IMG/VR virus record: IMGVR_UViG_3300045971_000354
Location: 32,001 to 96,000 of that record
DNA length: 64,000 nt
Reading direction: 5' to 3' (one strand)
Source of the DNA: a virus
The position numbers and the translations under genes were made by a program. Under the pieces are notes generated by a model. The model did no database searches. It was given only the letters and a program-made list of their open reading frames with translations, and had not been told where the DNA came from. Shown here in pieces: positions 44,784 through 54,946 of the stretch. How positions within the stretch are numbered: the stretch's first letter is position 1; every line of letters begins with the position of its first letter.

Positions 44784-46022
44784 ATGAGTTATACAATAAA
44801 ATTTTCTGATCCTAATACTTCGGCAAAGCCTCCGATTGTTATACTTGATAATTCAAAAGATCAGAGCTCTACCAGCCTAACATTTCTTGGAAAAAATTAT
44901 CCAGGGTATGGGCAAATTGTTGCGGAAAATTTTCTGTGGTTATTAGAACACTTTGCCGGCCCCATTCCGGGACCAGTTAATCCTGTTCAAGGACAACTTT
45001 GGTATAACAACACCGACGGCAAATTATTAGTTAACGACGGTTCTTCGTGGTCGCCGGTAAACAGATTATTTCAACAATCAGTTGACCCGACAACTATTAG
45101 CTCAAATGTTAAACTCGGTGATGTTTGGGTTGACACTTCTAATCCAAACGGAATTCAATTAAAAATTTACAACGGGACTATTGGAAAACCTTGGTCTCAA
45201 ATAGGAAACAACGATCCTAATACCGGCAGCTTCCCGTATTTAGGAATATTAGATACTGACAATGCTATTCACACTGTTATTAAAGATACAATAGAAAATA
45301 GCGGCACTGTAATTGCAATTTACGCCAAGGAGGATTTTGTCCCTCAATCTCCTGATTTCGGGTTTAGCCAAATTAGAAAAGGAATTAACATTCCTGCTGA
45401 TGCTAGATTAAACGGAGCCTCGCAATTTGCATATTCATTAAAATCAACTCCTACTTCAGAACCTATCCTTACTAATTGTATTCTTAGAAACGATATTAAC
45501 CAGAGAATAAGTGGAACACTAAGTATCGGAGTTGATACTAACTCGTTACAGATTGGTTATAACAATTCGTTTATTTTACAAACAGTAAATCAGTACAATT
45601 CAAATTTTGTTAATACCTACCAATCTACTGCTACTTCACAGATTAGCGGAAAATTTACATTTAATTTACAAGTAGCTGGGAAATCTGCAGAACTACTTAC
45701 TGTCGATGGGGCAACTCAAACTGTCACAATAGGTGATGTTGGTAAAAAAATTAATGGCAATTTAAATGTTACTGGAGACGTTAGTTTTATTCCGGCAGGT
45801 TCGATTATGCCGTTCGCAGGGTTAGTTCCTCCAACAGGCTGGTTAATTTGTGACGGGTCGACTACAAGTACAATTGTTCGCCCAGCATTGTTCGGAGCAA
45901 TTCAATATAATTATGGTGGAACAGGATCAATTTTTAATCTTCCTAATCTTACAAACAAATTGTTTGCTACTAACGCAGTTAACACATCAACTTCGGCAAT
46001 AAAATATATTATAAGATACTAA
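44784..46022 (+). CDS. Tail fibre/baseplate-attached protein with a phage tail collar domain
   Basis: Shared N-terminal GKNYPGYG..ENF..LLEHFA..GQLW domain. C-terminal PAGSIMPFAG..PPTGWLICDG...LF.AI..YGG..FNLPNL. Confidence 0.8.
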   Translation: MSYTIKFSDPNTSAKPPIVILDNSKDQSSTSLTFLGKNYPGYGQIVAENFLWLLEHFAGPIPGPVNPVQGQLWYNNTDGKLLVNDGSSWSPVNRLFQQSVDPTTISSNVKLGDVWVDTSNPNGIQLKIYNGTIGKPWSQIGNNDPNTGSFPYLGILDTDNAIHTVIKDTIENSGTVIAIYAKEDFVPQSPDFGFSQIRKGINIPADARLNGASQFAYSLKSTPTSEPILTNCILRNDINQRISGTLSIGVDTNSLQIGYNNSFILQTVNQYNSNFVNTYQSTATSQISGKFTFNLQVAGKSAELLTVDGATQTVTIGDVGKKINGNLNVTGDVSFIPAGSIMPFAGLVPPTGWLICDGSTTSTIVRPALFGAIQYNYGGTGSIFNLPNLTNKLFATNAVNTSTSAIKYIIRY

Positions 46023-46025
46023 ATC

Positions 46026-47975
46026 ATGAGTTATACATTAAAACTAACTAACGGTACGATTCTGCTTACACTTGCAGATCAACATTCTGACCGCATAACT
46101 ACCAGCCTAACAATGATAGGTAAGAATGTAAATGCCTATGGTACAGATCTTAATGATAACTTTATACATTTGTTAGAGAATTTTTCTAGTGTTAATCGTC
46201 CTATTAATCCATTAGAAGGTCAATTGTGGTTTAATGCTACTGATCAAAGAATTTATGTATATGCAAAGTCTCCATCTTCTTCAAATGATTTTAAACCAGT
46301 CGGCGGCCCAATTATAGGAAGCACATTGCCTTATAATGTTTCTACTGGAGACTTCTGGTTTGATACTTCTGCTAAACAACTTAAATTTTTAGCAAGTCCT
46401 GGTAATTTGTTTACCATAGGGCCAGCGTTCGATGCAGCAGCTGGAAAATCTGGATTGATTGTTGAAACTACTGCTACTACCGTTGGCCCAGCCTCGATAT
46501 TAGAGTTATATATTGATGGTCAAGTTCTTGGAGTAGTTAGTACTGATCAATATACTTTTTCCGTTCCGTACAACGGTATTACTACAGCAACCGCTGGCAT
46601 TAATCTTATTCCTGGGTATAAATTTGTTGGAACTGCAACATTTGCCGAAACGCTAATTTCACCTACTACCGGAGCATTGCTAACTGCTGATTCGTTTTTC
46701 CGTAAAGATACATACCCGATCTATACACAAGGGTTTACCGTTGCAAATGATTTTCCTGGGGTTATAATTGGATCTGGAACTGATATTCAATTATGCAATA
46801 CCGGTTCGAGTATTTTAGCAACATCGCCAGTTGCAACATTAAAAATTAACGGGTTGGGCCAAGATTTTAATTTAGACATTAATCCATTAACAACTAGCAC
46901 TAGACAATCCGCAGTGTATATTGATTCGTCGAATTCTAGAATTGGAGTTTTTAATACTAAGCCTTTGTACCCTGTTGACATTACTGGCAATGTTAATATT
47001 AACGGAAATCTTATTGTTACCGGGTCGTCGACTTATATTACTAGTGCTGATTTAAGAATAGAATCGAAAGTAGTAGAATTATCATCGGGCACTATTACTA
47101 ATGACGGTATTGCAAATGGCGGCGGCGTTAAGTTATTCGGAGATAGTGTTAAATCTGTGTTGTGGAGTCTTAGCAATAATGCATGGACTTCTAACGTTAA
47201 TTTTGATATTGACTCTACTAGCACTTATAAAATCGGCGGAGTTAGTGTAGTCCAAGCTGGCGGGCTAAGTTCGTCTGTTACTGCATCTAGTTTAACATCA
47301 GTTGGAAATTTAGTCAACGGTACTACTATTGGTCAAATAACATTTTCGACCTCTACGATTGGAACAACAAATTTTGTTCCATTATATCTCGGTAATCAAA
47401 ACACTGCAAATATTGATTTCGGCGGAAATACTCTTCAAAATGTCACTGCACCTCCGATGGGTGCTGGCCCATCGTTTGCACAGTATTCTAACTATGCTGC
47501 TACTAAGGGATATGTTGACGGTGCTATTTCGAATGTTCTTGGAACACAAAAAGGTCAATTCTCCACAACAATTGATGTGACAGGTCATGCACAGTCTCTT
47601 GCAGATCCGGAGTTAGATATTTACGTTCAGGCAATGCTTAACATGCTATACCCGTCATCGTCATCTGATCCTAGTGGAAATTATGGTATTTACGATGGCG
47701 CACGGGCACGAGTAATTGTAACTAGATATACATCTTACGGAGTTCCTTCAGTAGCTAGTGATTTTATTAATTTCGGCAATCCTGTGGTCCTAAACAACAC
47801 TAGTACCGAAGTTATTGCGTATTCTCAATTTATTCGAGCAGTAACTACTCTTCCTGTTACTCCGATCGGAATTAACAGAGGTATCAAACAATATATACTA
47901 TCAAGCGGTATTTGGATTGCGTATATTGTAACTGGTACAGGCAGTAATATTATCTACACCGACGGAACCTGGTAA
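46026..47975 (+). CDS. Tail fibre-like protein, paralog 2
   Basis: Same N-terminal domain (GKNVNAYG..NF..LLENF..GQLW). Also YAATKGYVD. Confidence 0.75.
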   Translation: MSYTLKLTNGTILLTLADQHSDRITTSLTMIGKNVNAYGTDLNDNFIHLLENFSSVNRPINPLEGQLWFNATDQRIYVYAKSPSSSNDFKPVGGPIIGSTLPYNVSTGDFWFDTSAKQLKFLASPGNLFTIGPAFDAAAGKSGLIVETTATTVGPASILELYIDGQVLGVVSTDQYTFSVPYNGITTATAGINLIPGYKFVGTATFAETLISPTTGALLTADSFFRKDTYPIYTQGFTVANDFPGVIIGSGTDIQLCNTGSSILATSPVATLKINGLGQDFNLDINPLTTSTRQSAVYIDSSNSRIGVFNTKPLYPVDITGNVNINGNLIVTGSSTYITSADLRIESKVVELSSGTITNDGIANGGGVKLFGDSVKSVLWSLSNNAWTSNVNFDIDSTSTYKIGGVSVVQAGGLSSSVTASSLTSVGNLVNGTTIGQITFSTSTIGTTNFVPLYLGNQNTANIDFGGNTLQNVTAPPMGAGPSFAQYSNYAATKGYVDGAISNVLGTQKGQFSTTIDVTGHAQSLADPELDIYVQAMLNMLYPSSSSDPSGNYGIYDGARARVIVTRYTSYGVPSVASDFINFGNPVVLNNTSTEVIAYSQFIRAVTTLPVTPIGINRGIKQYILSSGIWIAYIVTGTGSNIIYTDGTW

Positions 47976-47984
47976 GGAAAAATA

Positions 47985-50060
47985 ATGGCATATACTTTAA
48001 ACAAATCTAATGGCGGCACTTTAGTAGTAGTTGATGACGGTACAGTTTCTAGTGGTTTCAGCATTACATTTGTTGGGAAGAATGCTAGTAATTATGGCAG
48101 AATACAAAATGAAAATTTAGTTTATCTGTTAGAAAATTTTGCTAAGCCTGTACAACCATTAAACCCTATCCAGGGGCAAATTTGGTTTAATTCTAATCCA
48201 GTTGTAAATAGACCTGCTATATTTGACGGCACAAACTGGAGACCTCTTGCGGTTCTTCAGTATAGTAACGCTCCTACTGATACGTTAATTAATGCAGGGT
48301 CTAACCCGATAATTGATTTTGCAGCATCGACTCCTGGTGATTTGTGGATTAACAAAACCACAAATCAATTGAGTATTATTACTAATACCGGTCCTTTGTT
48401 AGTTGGCCCGGAGTCGGTTTTTGGGTTTAGCACCACTAAGATGTCATCTACTACAATGGCAGATGTAACAAATAGAAATCTGCCAGTAATTAATTTAACA
48501 ATTGATGGCGAAGTTCTCGGAGTAATTTCAAGCACACCGTTTGCGTCTAATGTTTCCGGATTCCCTAACGTAGTTAGAGGATTAACATTTAAAGATAATA
48601 CACTATCATTAACAGTGCCGTCGATTACTAGTACTTCTATTAACAGTACAATTTTAAATGTCTCAACATTAACCGCTGTTCAAATTACTGCATCAATAAC
48701 TTCAAGTACTAACGTTTTTAGTAATGTTGTCGATGCAAGCACTGTTAATGCAAGCACTGTTAATGCAAGTACCGCAATAATTACTCCCCAACTAACAGCG
48801 GCATCCGCGTTACCTGCATCACTTAACGGAGTTTGGAATCTAACTACAGGATCTACAATTTTACCGAGTATTAATTTAGGTAACAATTTAGGATCTGTTT
48901 CTAATCGATTCGGCACTATATTTTCAGGTGTTGGTGATTTTAACGCAGTATACGATAACGGATTTAGAGTCGTTACTGAAGGCACTATTGCAGGAAAGGG
49001 AGTTACTTCCTTATCCGGAACAGCAAATCAAATTACAGTAAGCACCAGTACTGGGGTTGTTCAACTTAGTTTACCTGGAGCAGTTTCTCTTAACACATTA
49101 AGTGTGTTACAACTATTTGTCAACGGATCACCTGTTGTGACTGAAGGCACTATTGCAGGAAAGGGAGTTACTTCCTTATCCGGTACAGCAAATCAAATCA
49201 CAGTTAGTGCTAGTACTGGAGTTGTTCAACTTAGTTTACCGAATACTATTAACGCCGGAGTGATTTCTGGGTCTCAGCTGTTCGATAACGGTTCAAGAGT
49301 AGTGACTCAAGCAACAATTGGACAACTTGGAGTATCATCGTTAACTGGTACAGCAAATCAAATTACAGTAAGCACTAGTACCGGAGGTGTTCAACTTAGC
49401 TTACCTGGTACTATTAATGCTGGGCTAATTTTTGCTAACGGATTATACGATTCTGGCGCTAGAGTAATTAGTACAGCTAATATTGGTACTTATGGAGCAG
49501 CATCTATTTCCGGCACCGCAGGACGCCTAGCTGTTTCAAATGTTAATGGGGCATATACTCTTACGTTGCCGGACAGCGTTTCGATTCCGACTATTTCTGT
49601 TTCCACATTACTAGCTCAAGGAACACAAAGCACTATATCCGGAAAATGGGTATTAGGTGCAAGTTCTTCACTACAAGCAACATATGCTGACTTAGCAGAA
49701 AACTACGAGTCAGATAAGCATTATATACCGGGTACTGTATTAGTATTTGCAGGTGATAAAGAAGTTACCGCATGTACTATTAAAACTGATAGGCGTGTCG
49801 CAGGGGTTGTTAGCTCTAATCCTGCATATTTAATGAATGTCGATTGTCCCGGTATTGCAGTAGCAGTTGCGTTACAAGGGAGAGTTCCTGTTAATGTTAT
49901 TGGTAAGATTGTTAAGGGCGATTTGCTTGTTACATCTGATCTTAAAGGATTTGCAGAATCAAATAATTCTCCTTGTATGGGAGCAGTTATTGGAAAAGCG
50001 TTATCTGACAAGGATTTTATCGGACCAGGAGTCGTGGAAGTTGCCATTGGAAGATTGTAA
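47985..50060 (+). CDS. Tail fibre-like protein, paralog 3, with internal repeats and a C-terminal chaperone-like domain
   Basis: Shared N-terminus, four ~55-59 aa repeats, and a C-terminal YADLAE...GVVS..PA...ALQGRVPV..G.I.KGD.L. Confidence 0.8.
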   Translation: MAYTLNKSNGGTLVVVDDGTVSSGFSITFVGKNASNYGRIQNENLVYLLENFAKPVQPLNPIQGQIWFNSNPVVNRPAIFDGTNWRPLAVLQYSNAPTDTLINAGSNPIIDFAASTPGDLWINKTTNQLSIITNTGPLLVGPESVFGFSTTKMSSTTMADVTNRNLPVINLTIDGEVLGVISSTPFASNVSGFPNVVRGLTFKDNTLSLTVPSITSTSINSTILNVSTLTAVQITASITSSTNVFSNVVDASTVNASTVNASTAIITPQLTAASALPASLNGVWNLTTGSTILPSINLGNNLGSVSNRFGTIFSGVGDFNAVYDNGFRVVTEGTIAGKGVTSLSGTANQITVSTSTGVVQLSLPGAVSLNTLSVLQLFVNGSPVVTEGTIAGKGVTSLSGTANQITVSASTGVVQLSLPNTINAGVISGSQLFDNGSRVVTQATIGQLGVSSLTGTANQITVSTSTGGVQLSLPGTINAGLIFANGLYDSGARVISTANIGTYGAASISGTAGRLAVSNVNGAYTLTLPDSVSIPTISVSTLLAQGTQSTISGKWVLGASSSLQATYADLAENYESDKHYIPGTVLVFAGDKEVTACTIKTDRRVAGVVSSNPAYLMNVDCPGIAVAVALQGRVPVNVIGKIVKGDLLVTSDLKGFAESNNSPCMGAVIGKALSDKDFIGPGVVEVAIGRL
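48960..49570 (+). repeat. Internal coding repeats (VVTEGTIAGKGVTSLSGTANQITVS.STGVVQLSLP)
   Basis: A 44-nt identical block occurs at 48975 and 49140 (165-bp period), followed by two more diverged copies. Confidence 0.85.
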
Positions 50061-50094
50061 GATCTACCGATAAATACACAAACTTGAAAATAAT

Positions 50095-52350
50095 ATGCCA
50101 TATACAATAAACAAAACTAACGGATTAAAAATTATAGTTGTTCAGGATGGCACTATTAATACTAGTGCGCTTGATATTACTTTAGTGGGCAAAAACTACA
50201 TAGGGTATGGCGAAGCTTTTAATGAAAATTTTGTAAAATTATTAGAAAATTTTGCAAATTCTACTCGGCCTGCTAAGCCGCTTGCAGGACAACTTTGGTA
50301 TGACACCACAGTTAATAAACTTAACGTGTATACTGGTGTTGGAACAGTTCCTTGGAAACCGATTGGTATTGTCAATAACGGAACTACTCAGCCAGTTTCT
50401 GCAACTTCAAATATTGGTGATTTATGGTGGGATGCAATTAACAAGAAGTTATTTGCATACAACGGGACAGAATGGACTATCATCGGCCCTTCAGTAGTTA
50501 AGGGCAGTAATAGTGGCGCATTTGCAGGTACTATTTTAAGTCAAAATGGCCCACCGGCAAAGTCGGTATTATTTCAATCAATTAATGGCACTCCGACGTT
50601 TGTATCTAGTACTGATCCGTTATACGCTTCTGACCTTTCTGATGCATCGGCTTCGTTATTCCCAAGAGTTTTTACGGGAATTACTTTTCCAAATACGGAT
50701 ATTAAAGGTATAAGTGTAACTGATATTTCAGTTCAAAATCAACCTAAAGGTCATATTCTTTGGGGTACTGCTGCATCATCGTTAGGATTGATAGTTGCAT
50801 CTACGGCAACCAGTGGCTTTTCGTATGTTGATGCCAACAACTTCTTACTTAGAAATGAATTAGCTAGTTTCGGCAATCAGTTAAGTCTTAAAGATAATAA
50901 TGGTGTTGTAATAGGTAATCCTTATGTAATGCAGGTTCATGTTGCTCCTACTAATGTTGGTAACGTGAGTGTGTTTGCAGGGTCTAGATTAAATCTTAAT
51001 GTTAACACTAGCTATGGAACTTATACTACTGTTGTATCAGCAGATGGTGCAAATAACAAGCTTAGTCTATTGCCGAACGCTACTATCCCTACAAATATCG
51101 GTAGTACACTTACCTCGTTTGATACAGGGTACTTCGGTACTGTAATTGCAAATACACTTACTGTTAAAACTTTTCTATACGAACAGCAAGAATTAGATGC
51201 AGTATATATTTCTGCAACAAAAATAAATGTTGCAACTACCGTAACAGCGGCAGTGTTTTCCGGATCTGGAGCAAAGCTAACCAATATACCAAACTCTGCG
51301 TTTATTGCAAGTACCTCAACTATTACTGCTGGGATTGGATTGAGTGGCGGCGGAACAGTAACATTGGGCGGCACTATTACACTTACTAATGCAGGTGTTC
51401 TAAGTATGACAGCGGGAACTGACACATCTGTGTCCGGACTTACTGGCGATATTAAAGTGTGGAATAACAGTACACTTCAATCTGTTACTAACCGAGGTGC
51501 AACTTCTAACAGTGTTATACAATTTACAAACTCTACAAACGCATCTAGCACTGCGACTGGATCATTACAAGTAGCAGGCGGCGCAGGAGTTGGAAAGGAC
51601 TTATATGTAGGCGGCAACATCTACATGGCTGGAAATAAAGTTGTTAATGTATCATCTGTATTAGCGGGAATTGGAATTGGTGTTACTCCTTCTCAAAGTT
51701 CTGGCACTGTTGCAATTTCTAATTCCGGAATTTTAAGCATTAACGGAACACTTGATCAAATTAATGTTTCGGTTGGAACTCAATCTCCAGTCCTTAGTTT
51801 ACCACAAAGTATCTCTCCTTTGTCGTTTGTTACTTTTGCCGGGGTAACTGTTAATGGCCTGTTAGTTACGACAAACAGTGTTACCACTCCTAGCCTAACA
51901 ACCGGAGCAACTGCCACTGCTGGAAATATTATCGGCCAATGGACATTAGGATCCGGCAGCACCCTACAATCAACCTATGCTGACTTAGCAGAAAAGTATG
52001 CTGCTGATCGAGTTTATACAGAAGGTATGGTGTTGGTAATAGGCGGTTCTAACGAGGTTACTACTACTTCAATACGTGCCAATGTAGCAGTCGCGGGCAT
52101 TGTGTCTATAAACCCTGCATTTAAGCTGAATTGTGCGGCAGGATCAGACGATTCTCACCCCTATATTGCACTAAAAGGCCGGGTTCCGTGCAAGGTTATT
52201 GGTCCAGTATACAAAGGCAATCTACTTGTAACTAGCAGTAAACCCGAGTATGCAGAAGCATTTAAGGACGGTGACAGCCCGAATGCAGTGTTAGGGATTG
52301 CACTTGCAGATATGTTAGATAATTTTGGTGTAGTTGACGTAAAAGTTTAA
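50095..52350 (+). CDS. Tail fibre-like protein, paralog 4, with a C-terminal chaperone-like domain
   Basis: Shared N-terminus, STATGSLQVAGGAGVGKDLYVGG motif and C-terminal YADLAE...ALKGRVPCKV. TAAATA at 50071. Confidence 0.8.
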   Translation: MPYTINKTNGLKIIVVQDGTINTSALDITLVGKNYIGYGEAFNENFVKLLENFANSTRPAKPLAGQLWYDTTVNKLNVYTGVGTVPWKPIGIVNNGTTQPVSATSNIGDLWWDAINKKLFAYNGTEWTIIGPSVVKGSNSGAFAGTILSQNGPPAKSVLFQSINGTPTFVSSTDPLYASDLSDASASLFPRVFTGITFPNTDIKGISVTDISVQNQPKGHILWGTAASSLGLIVASTATSGFSYVDANNFLLRNELASFGNQLSLKDNNGVVIGNPYVMQVHVAPTNVGNVSVFAGSRLNLNVNTSYGTYTTVVSADGANNKLSLLPNATIPTNIGSTLTSFDTGYFGTVIANTLTVKTFLYEQQELDAVYISATKINVATTVTAAVFSGSGAKLTNIPNSAFIASTSTITAGIGLSGGGTVTLGGTITLTNAGVLSMTAGTDTSVSGLTGDIKVWNNSTLQSVTNRGATSNSVIQFTNSTNASSTATGSLQVAGGAGVGKDLYVGGNIYMAGNKVVNVSSVLAGIGIGVTPSQSSGTVAISNSGILSINGTLDQINVSVGTQSPVLSLPQSISPLSFVTFAGVTVNGLLVTTNSVTTPSLTTGATATAGNIIGQWTLGSGSTLQSTYADLAEKYAADRVYTEGMVLVIGGSNEVTTTSIRANVAVAGIVSINPAFKLNCAAGSDDSHPYIALKGRVPCKVIGPVYKGNLLVTSSKPEYAEAFKDGDSPNAVLGIALADMLDNFGVVDVKV

Positions 52351-52353
52351 CCG

Positions 52354-52381
52354 TGAAAAAGCGCCCAAAGGCGCTTTTTCA
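52354..52381. terminator. Bidirectional rho-independent terminator
   Basis: TGAAAAAGCGCC-caaa-GGCGCTTTTTCA between convergent modules. Confidence 0.92.
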
Positions 52382-52397
52382 ATTCTAGCTAAACAAT

Positions 52398-53006
52398 TTA
52401 CGCACTTTCTGTAACAGAAACTTTCTTACCCTTGCTTTTGGGAGGATCAATCTCATCTGCCTCCTTACGCAACTTTGCAGCTTCTTTGTAAAGAGCATCG
52501 GCTTTTGATCGCAGATCGGCTGGACTTTGTACAGGATCTACAACTACCTCGGCTGGGACTTCGTCTACAATAACTTCTGCAGATTTTTTCGCATCGTCGT
52601 TAATAGTGGGAATTGTTGAGTTTGATCCGTCTTTAATCGACAAGTCATCTAACTTTACGCCTTTCTGTTCTGCGATAATGATATTCAACTCGTCTAATGG
52701 AATCGAAGTTTTATTATCTGGAGTAACTAGTACACCAGTAGTAGGAACCTTTTTAAGCAACCCGTTGGTATGAACATATTGCAACATGTTTGAACCGTCT
52801 GGGAATCTACGGACTGATAATACATCCGCAAGTTCATTTGCTTGCTGACCGGATTCAGATTCGACTAAGCTCATAAGAGCATCGTGATAAGAATCCATCA
52901 GTGCTTGGGTACCAATTACTAGTGCAGACTTTGAATCCCCGGGGATAGTGCGGTACGCAATAACGATCTTCGCCCCGTTGTTTTTCATTTTACCAACATG
53001 TTTCAT
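52398..53006 (-). CDS. Hypothetical phage protein
   Basis: 202-aa ORF with an AGGAG RBS. Confidence 0.75.
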   Translation of the reverse strand: MKHVGKMKNNGAKIVIAYRTIPGDSKSALVIGTQALMDSYHDALMSLVESESGQQANELADVLSVRRFPDGSNMLQYVHTNGLLKKVPTTGVLVTPDNKTSIPLDELNIIIAEQKGVKLDDLSIKDGSNSTIPTINDDAKKSAEVIVDEVPAEVVVDPVQSPADLRSKADALYKEAAKLRKEADEIDPPKSKGKKVSVTESA

Positions 53007-53017
53007 ATGTTATCTCC

Positions 53018-53296
53018 TTAGGCTGCTGGTGCAGCTTCTGCTGGGGGAGCAACTACGTTTAAGAAGTCATTTAACTTATTAAAAGTTGCACCTACCGCAG
53101 CCATTTCAGTAGCACGGAATGCTCCGCGCTGACTTGCAACGTCAATAATAGCCCGTAGATTACCGAGGTCCTGAATAGTCAGTTCCGGAGGTGTTGCTGC
53201 CGCTTGCTCCGGCGATGCTACTGGTGCTGCTACTGGTGCAGTTACTTGCTTTGGAGCCGATGCTACCGATGCTGCTTGTTGTTCTTTCTTTGCCAT
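53018..53296 (-). CDS. Hypothetical phage protein
   Basis: AGGAG RBS. LTIQDL...IIDVASQRGAFRA.EM..VG core. Confidence 0.75.
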   Translation of the reverse strand: MAKKEQQAASVASAPKQVTAPVAAPVASPEQAAATPPELTIQDLGNLRAIIDVASQRGAFRATEMAAVGATFNKLNDFLNVVAPPAEAAPAA

Positions 53297-53306
53297 TTAA
53301 GTTCTC

Positions 53307-53591
53307 CTATTTGTTCTTGTCCAAGTATGGACAGGCTAGACTTAACATAGTTAGTTCTTTTGAATCTTCAATCCCAATTTCTTGGATCTCTTCCAACTTG
53401 TTAATAGCTGGATTTACTCTTAACGTTTTTGCGATAGCATACCTACTATCTAAGTTAAGGTAAATCCACTGATCTATCTCTGTTATACGAAAGGTAACAA
53501 TGCTCATTTTAGCAAAATGTATTGGTATGTAATTTAGCCGCCGTGCATCTAATGCATTTAACGGATTTACCTCACCTCTTACTAAAGACAT
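53307..53591 (-). CDS. Hypothetical phage protein
   Basis: ORF in operon context. Confidence 0.65.
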   Translation of the reverse strand: MSLVRGEVNPLNALDARRLNYIPIHFAKMSIVTFRITEIDQWIYLNLDSRYAIAKTLRVNPAINKLEEIQEIGIEDSKELTMLSLACPYLDKNK

Positions 53592-53603
53592 TATGTACCT
53601 ACT

Positions 53604-54866
53604 TTATTTATAATATGCAGTCTGGCCGAATGGCGCAGTTATGGATTCGGTTCCATGAATAATAAACAGCGTTTCGCAGTAATCTTCATCTCCCCAACTT
53701 CCGCAAGGATATCCGTCCGTAAACATAATGAAACGCTTTGGATTAATATCGTTATTTTTCATAAACTCCCAGTTAGCTTCGAAACTAGTTCCTCCGCCGC
53801 CCTTCGGTTCGTAACTCAAAATATCATCGGCAGTATCACCGGTAAATTTTGCATATTGATATACGCTTGTATCAAAACACCACAGATCTAATTTGAAGTC
53901 GGTATATTCGTCCATAATACCTTTAACTTCGGAGAGCATATCACGTGCCATTGCATTTGAAATACTTCCACTCATATCCAGGCATACTGATACATCAATT
54001 GTATCTTCATTCATCATTCCGGGCAGTATTGCTCCGCTCATTTGACTTTTACGGTTCGGACGACTGAAGCTAAAGTTGCTTTTGACAATACTTTGGATGT
54101 TCATGCGTAGCATCTCACGCCAATCCATTTTTGGCTCAGTAAAGTCTTTAATCATACGTGCAACACCTGCCGGTAGATTGCCAGCACCTGCAGATTGCGC
54201 AGCACTAACCATCGCCTCTTTGATTTCGTCACGAATTTGTTTGCGTTCTTCAGCAGTTAGTTTCGGACGTCCTTTACCTTTTCCAGCACCTTCACCGTCT
54301 TGGTCACTGTCGCCTTCACTGTCGTCGCCATCTTCCATATGCTCGTCAAGCAGTTCGCCCAACTTACTCATATCAATCTTATCGGCCTTTTCATACAGGT
54401 CGTCGTAAATTTGTTCATACGACCAGTCGCGATATTTTGGATCGTAATAGACTTTCATAAAGTCTGGAAATTCTCCGATCTTTTCGTCCTTACAAATTTG
54501 ATTAACGGCAAAGTCGGCAGCAATATTAGAAAGTACTGGATCGCGGCTCTCACGACGTCCCATATGATCGAATACGTTATGTAGAACTTCGTGCCCGAAG
54601 CCGAACTCTGCAACTTTTGGGCTCATTTTATCAACAAAGCCAACATTGTAAAAGAAGTTTCGCCCGTCAGTTGCAATAGTCGGGCACCAATCACTTGCAT
54701 CCACAAGTGTTAACCGCGTTGCCATATTGCCAAAGAACGGATGACGAAGCAACAATCCAATTCGGGCAGTTACAAGCTTTTCAATAACTTTATTCTTTTC
54801 AGCTTGCGTAAATACTCGGTCTTTATCGACCTTGCCTACACGCTCTTGCTTCATTACTTTAGACAT
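53604..54866 (-). CDS. vWA-like domain protein with an N-terminal putative metallopeptidase (DUF2201-type)
   Basis: TIATDG, HEVLH (HExxH), NIAADFAVN, MIDAS DMSGSIS, GGGGTSF and FTDG. Confidence 0.88.
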   Translation of the reverse strand: MSKVMKQERVGKVDKDRVFTQAEKNKVIEKLVTARIGLLLRHPFFGNMATRLTLVDASDWCPTIATDGRNFFYNVGFVDKMSPKVAEFGFGHEVLHNVFDHMGRRESRDPVLSNIAADFAVNQICKDEKIGEFPDFMKVYYDPKYRDWSYEQIYDDLYEKADKIDMSKLGELLDEHMEDGDDSEGDSDQDGEGAGKGKGRPKLTAEERKQIRDEIKEAMVSAAQSAGAGNLPAGVARMIKDFTEPKMDWREMLRMNIQSIVKSNFSFSRPNRKSQMSGAILPGMMNEDTIDVSVCLDMSGSISNAMARDMLSEVKGIMDEYTDFKLDLWCFDTSVYQYAKFTGDTADDILSYEPKGGGGTSFEANWEFMKNNDINPKRFIMFTDGYPCGSWGDEDYCETLFIIHGTESITAPFGQTAYYK

Positions 54867-54891
54867 TTATATTCCTTGTTGATGTATTACT

Positions 54892-54920
54892 ATTATACAG
54901 CATTATTTTGGTTTTGTCAA
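54892..54920 (-). promoter_or_regulatory. Perfect consensus sigma70 promoter
   Basis: TTGACA-N17-TATAAT upstream of the vWA gene. Confidence 0.88.
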
Positions 54921-54926
54921 GTAAAC

Positions 54927-54944
54927 AAGGGCCTTTCGGCCCTT
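54927..54944 (-). terminator. Hairpin/likely terminator after the AAA ATPase gene
   Basis: AAGGGCC-GAAA-GGCCCUU followed by GUUUACUU. Confidence 0.65.
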
Positions 54945-54946
54945 TC

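Noticed and set aside
47985-52350. Diversity-generating retroelement target/template repeats in the fibre genes
   Set aside because: The repeats are in-frame coding duplications without adenine-specific mismatches, and there is no reverse transcriptase in the window.
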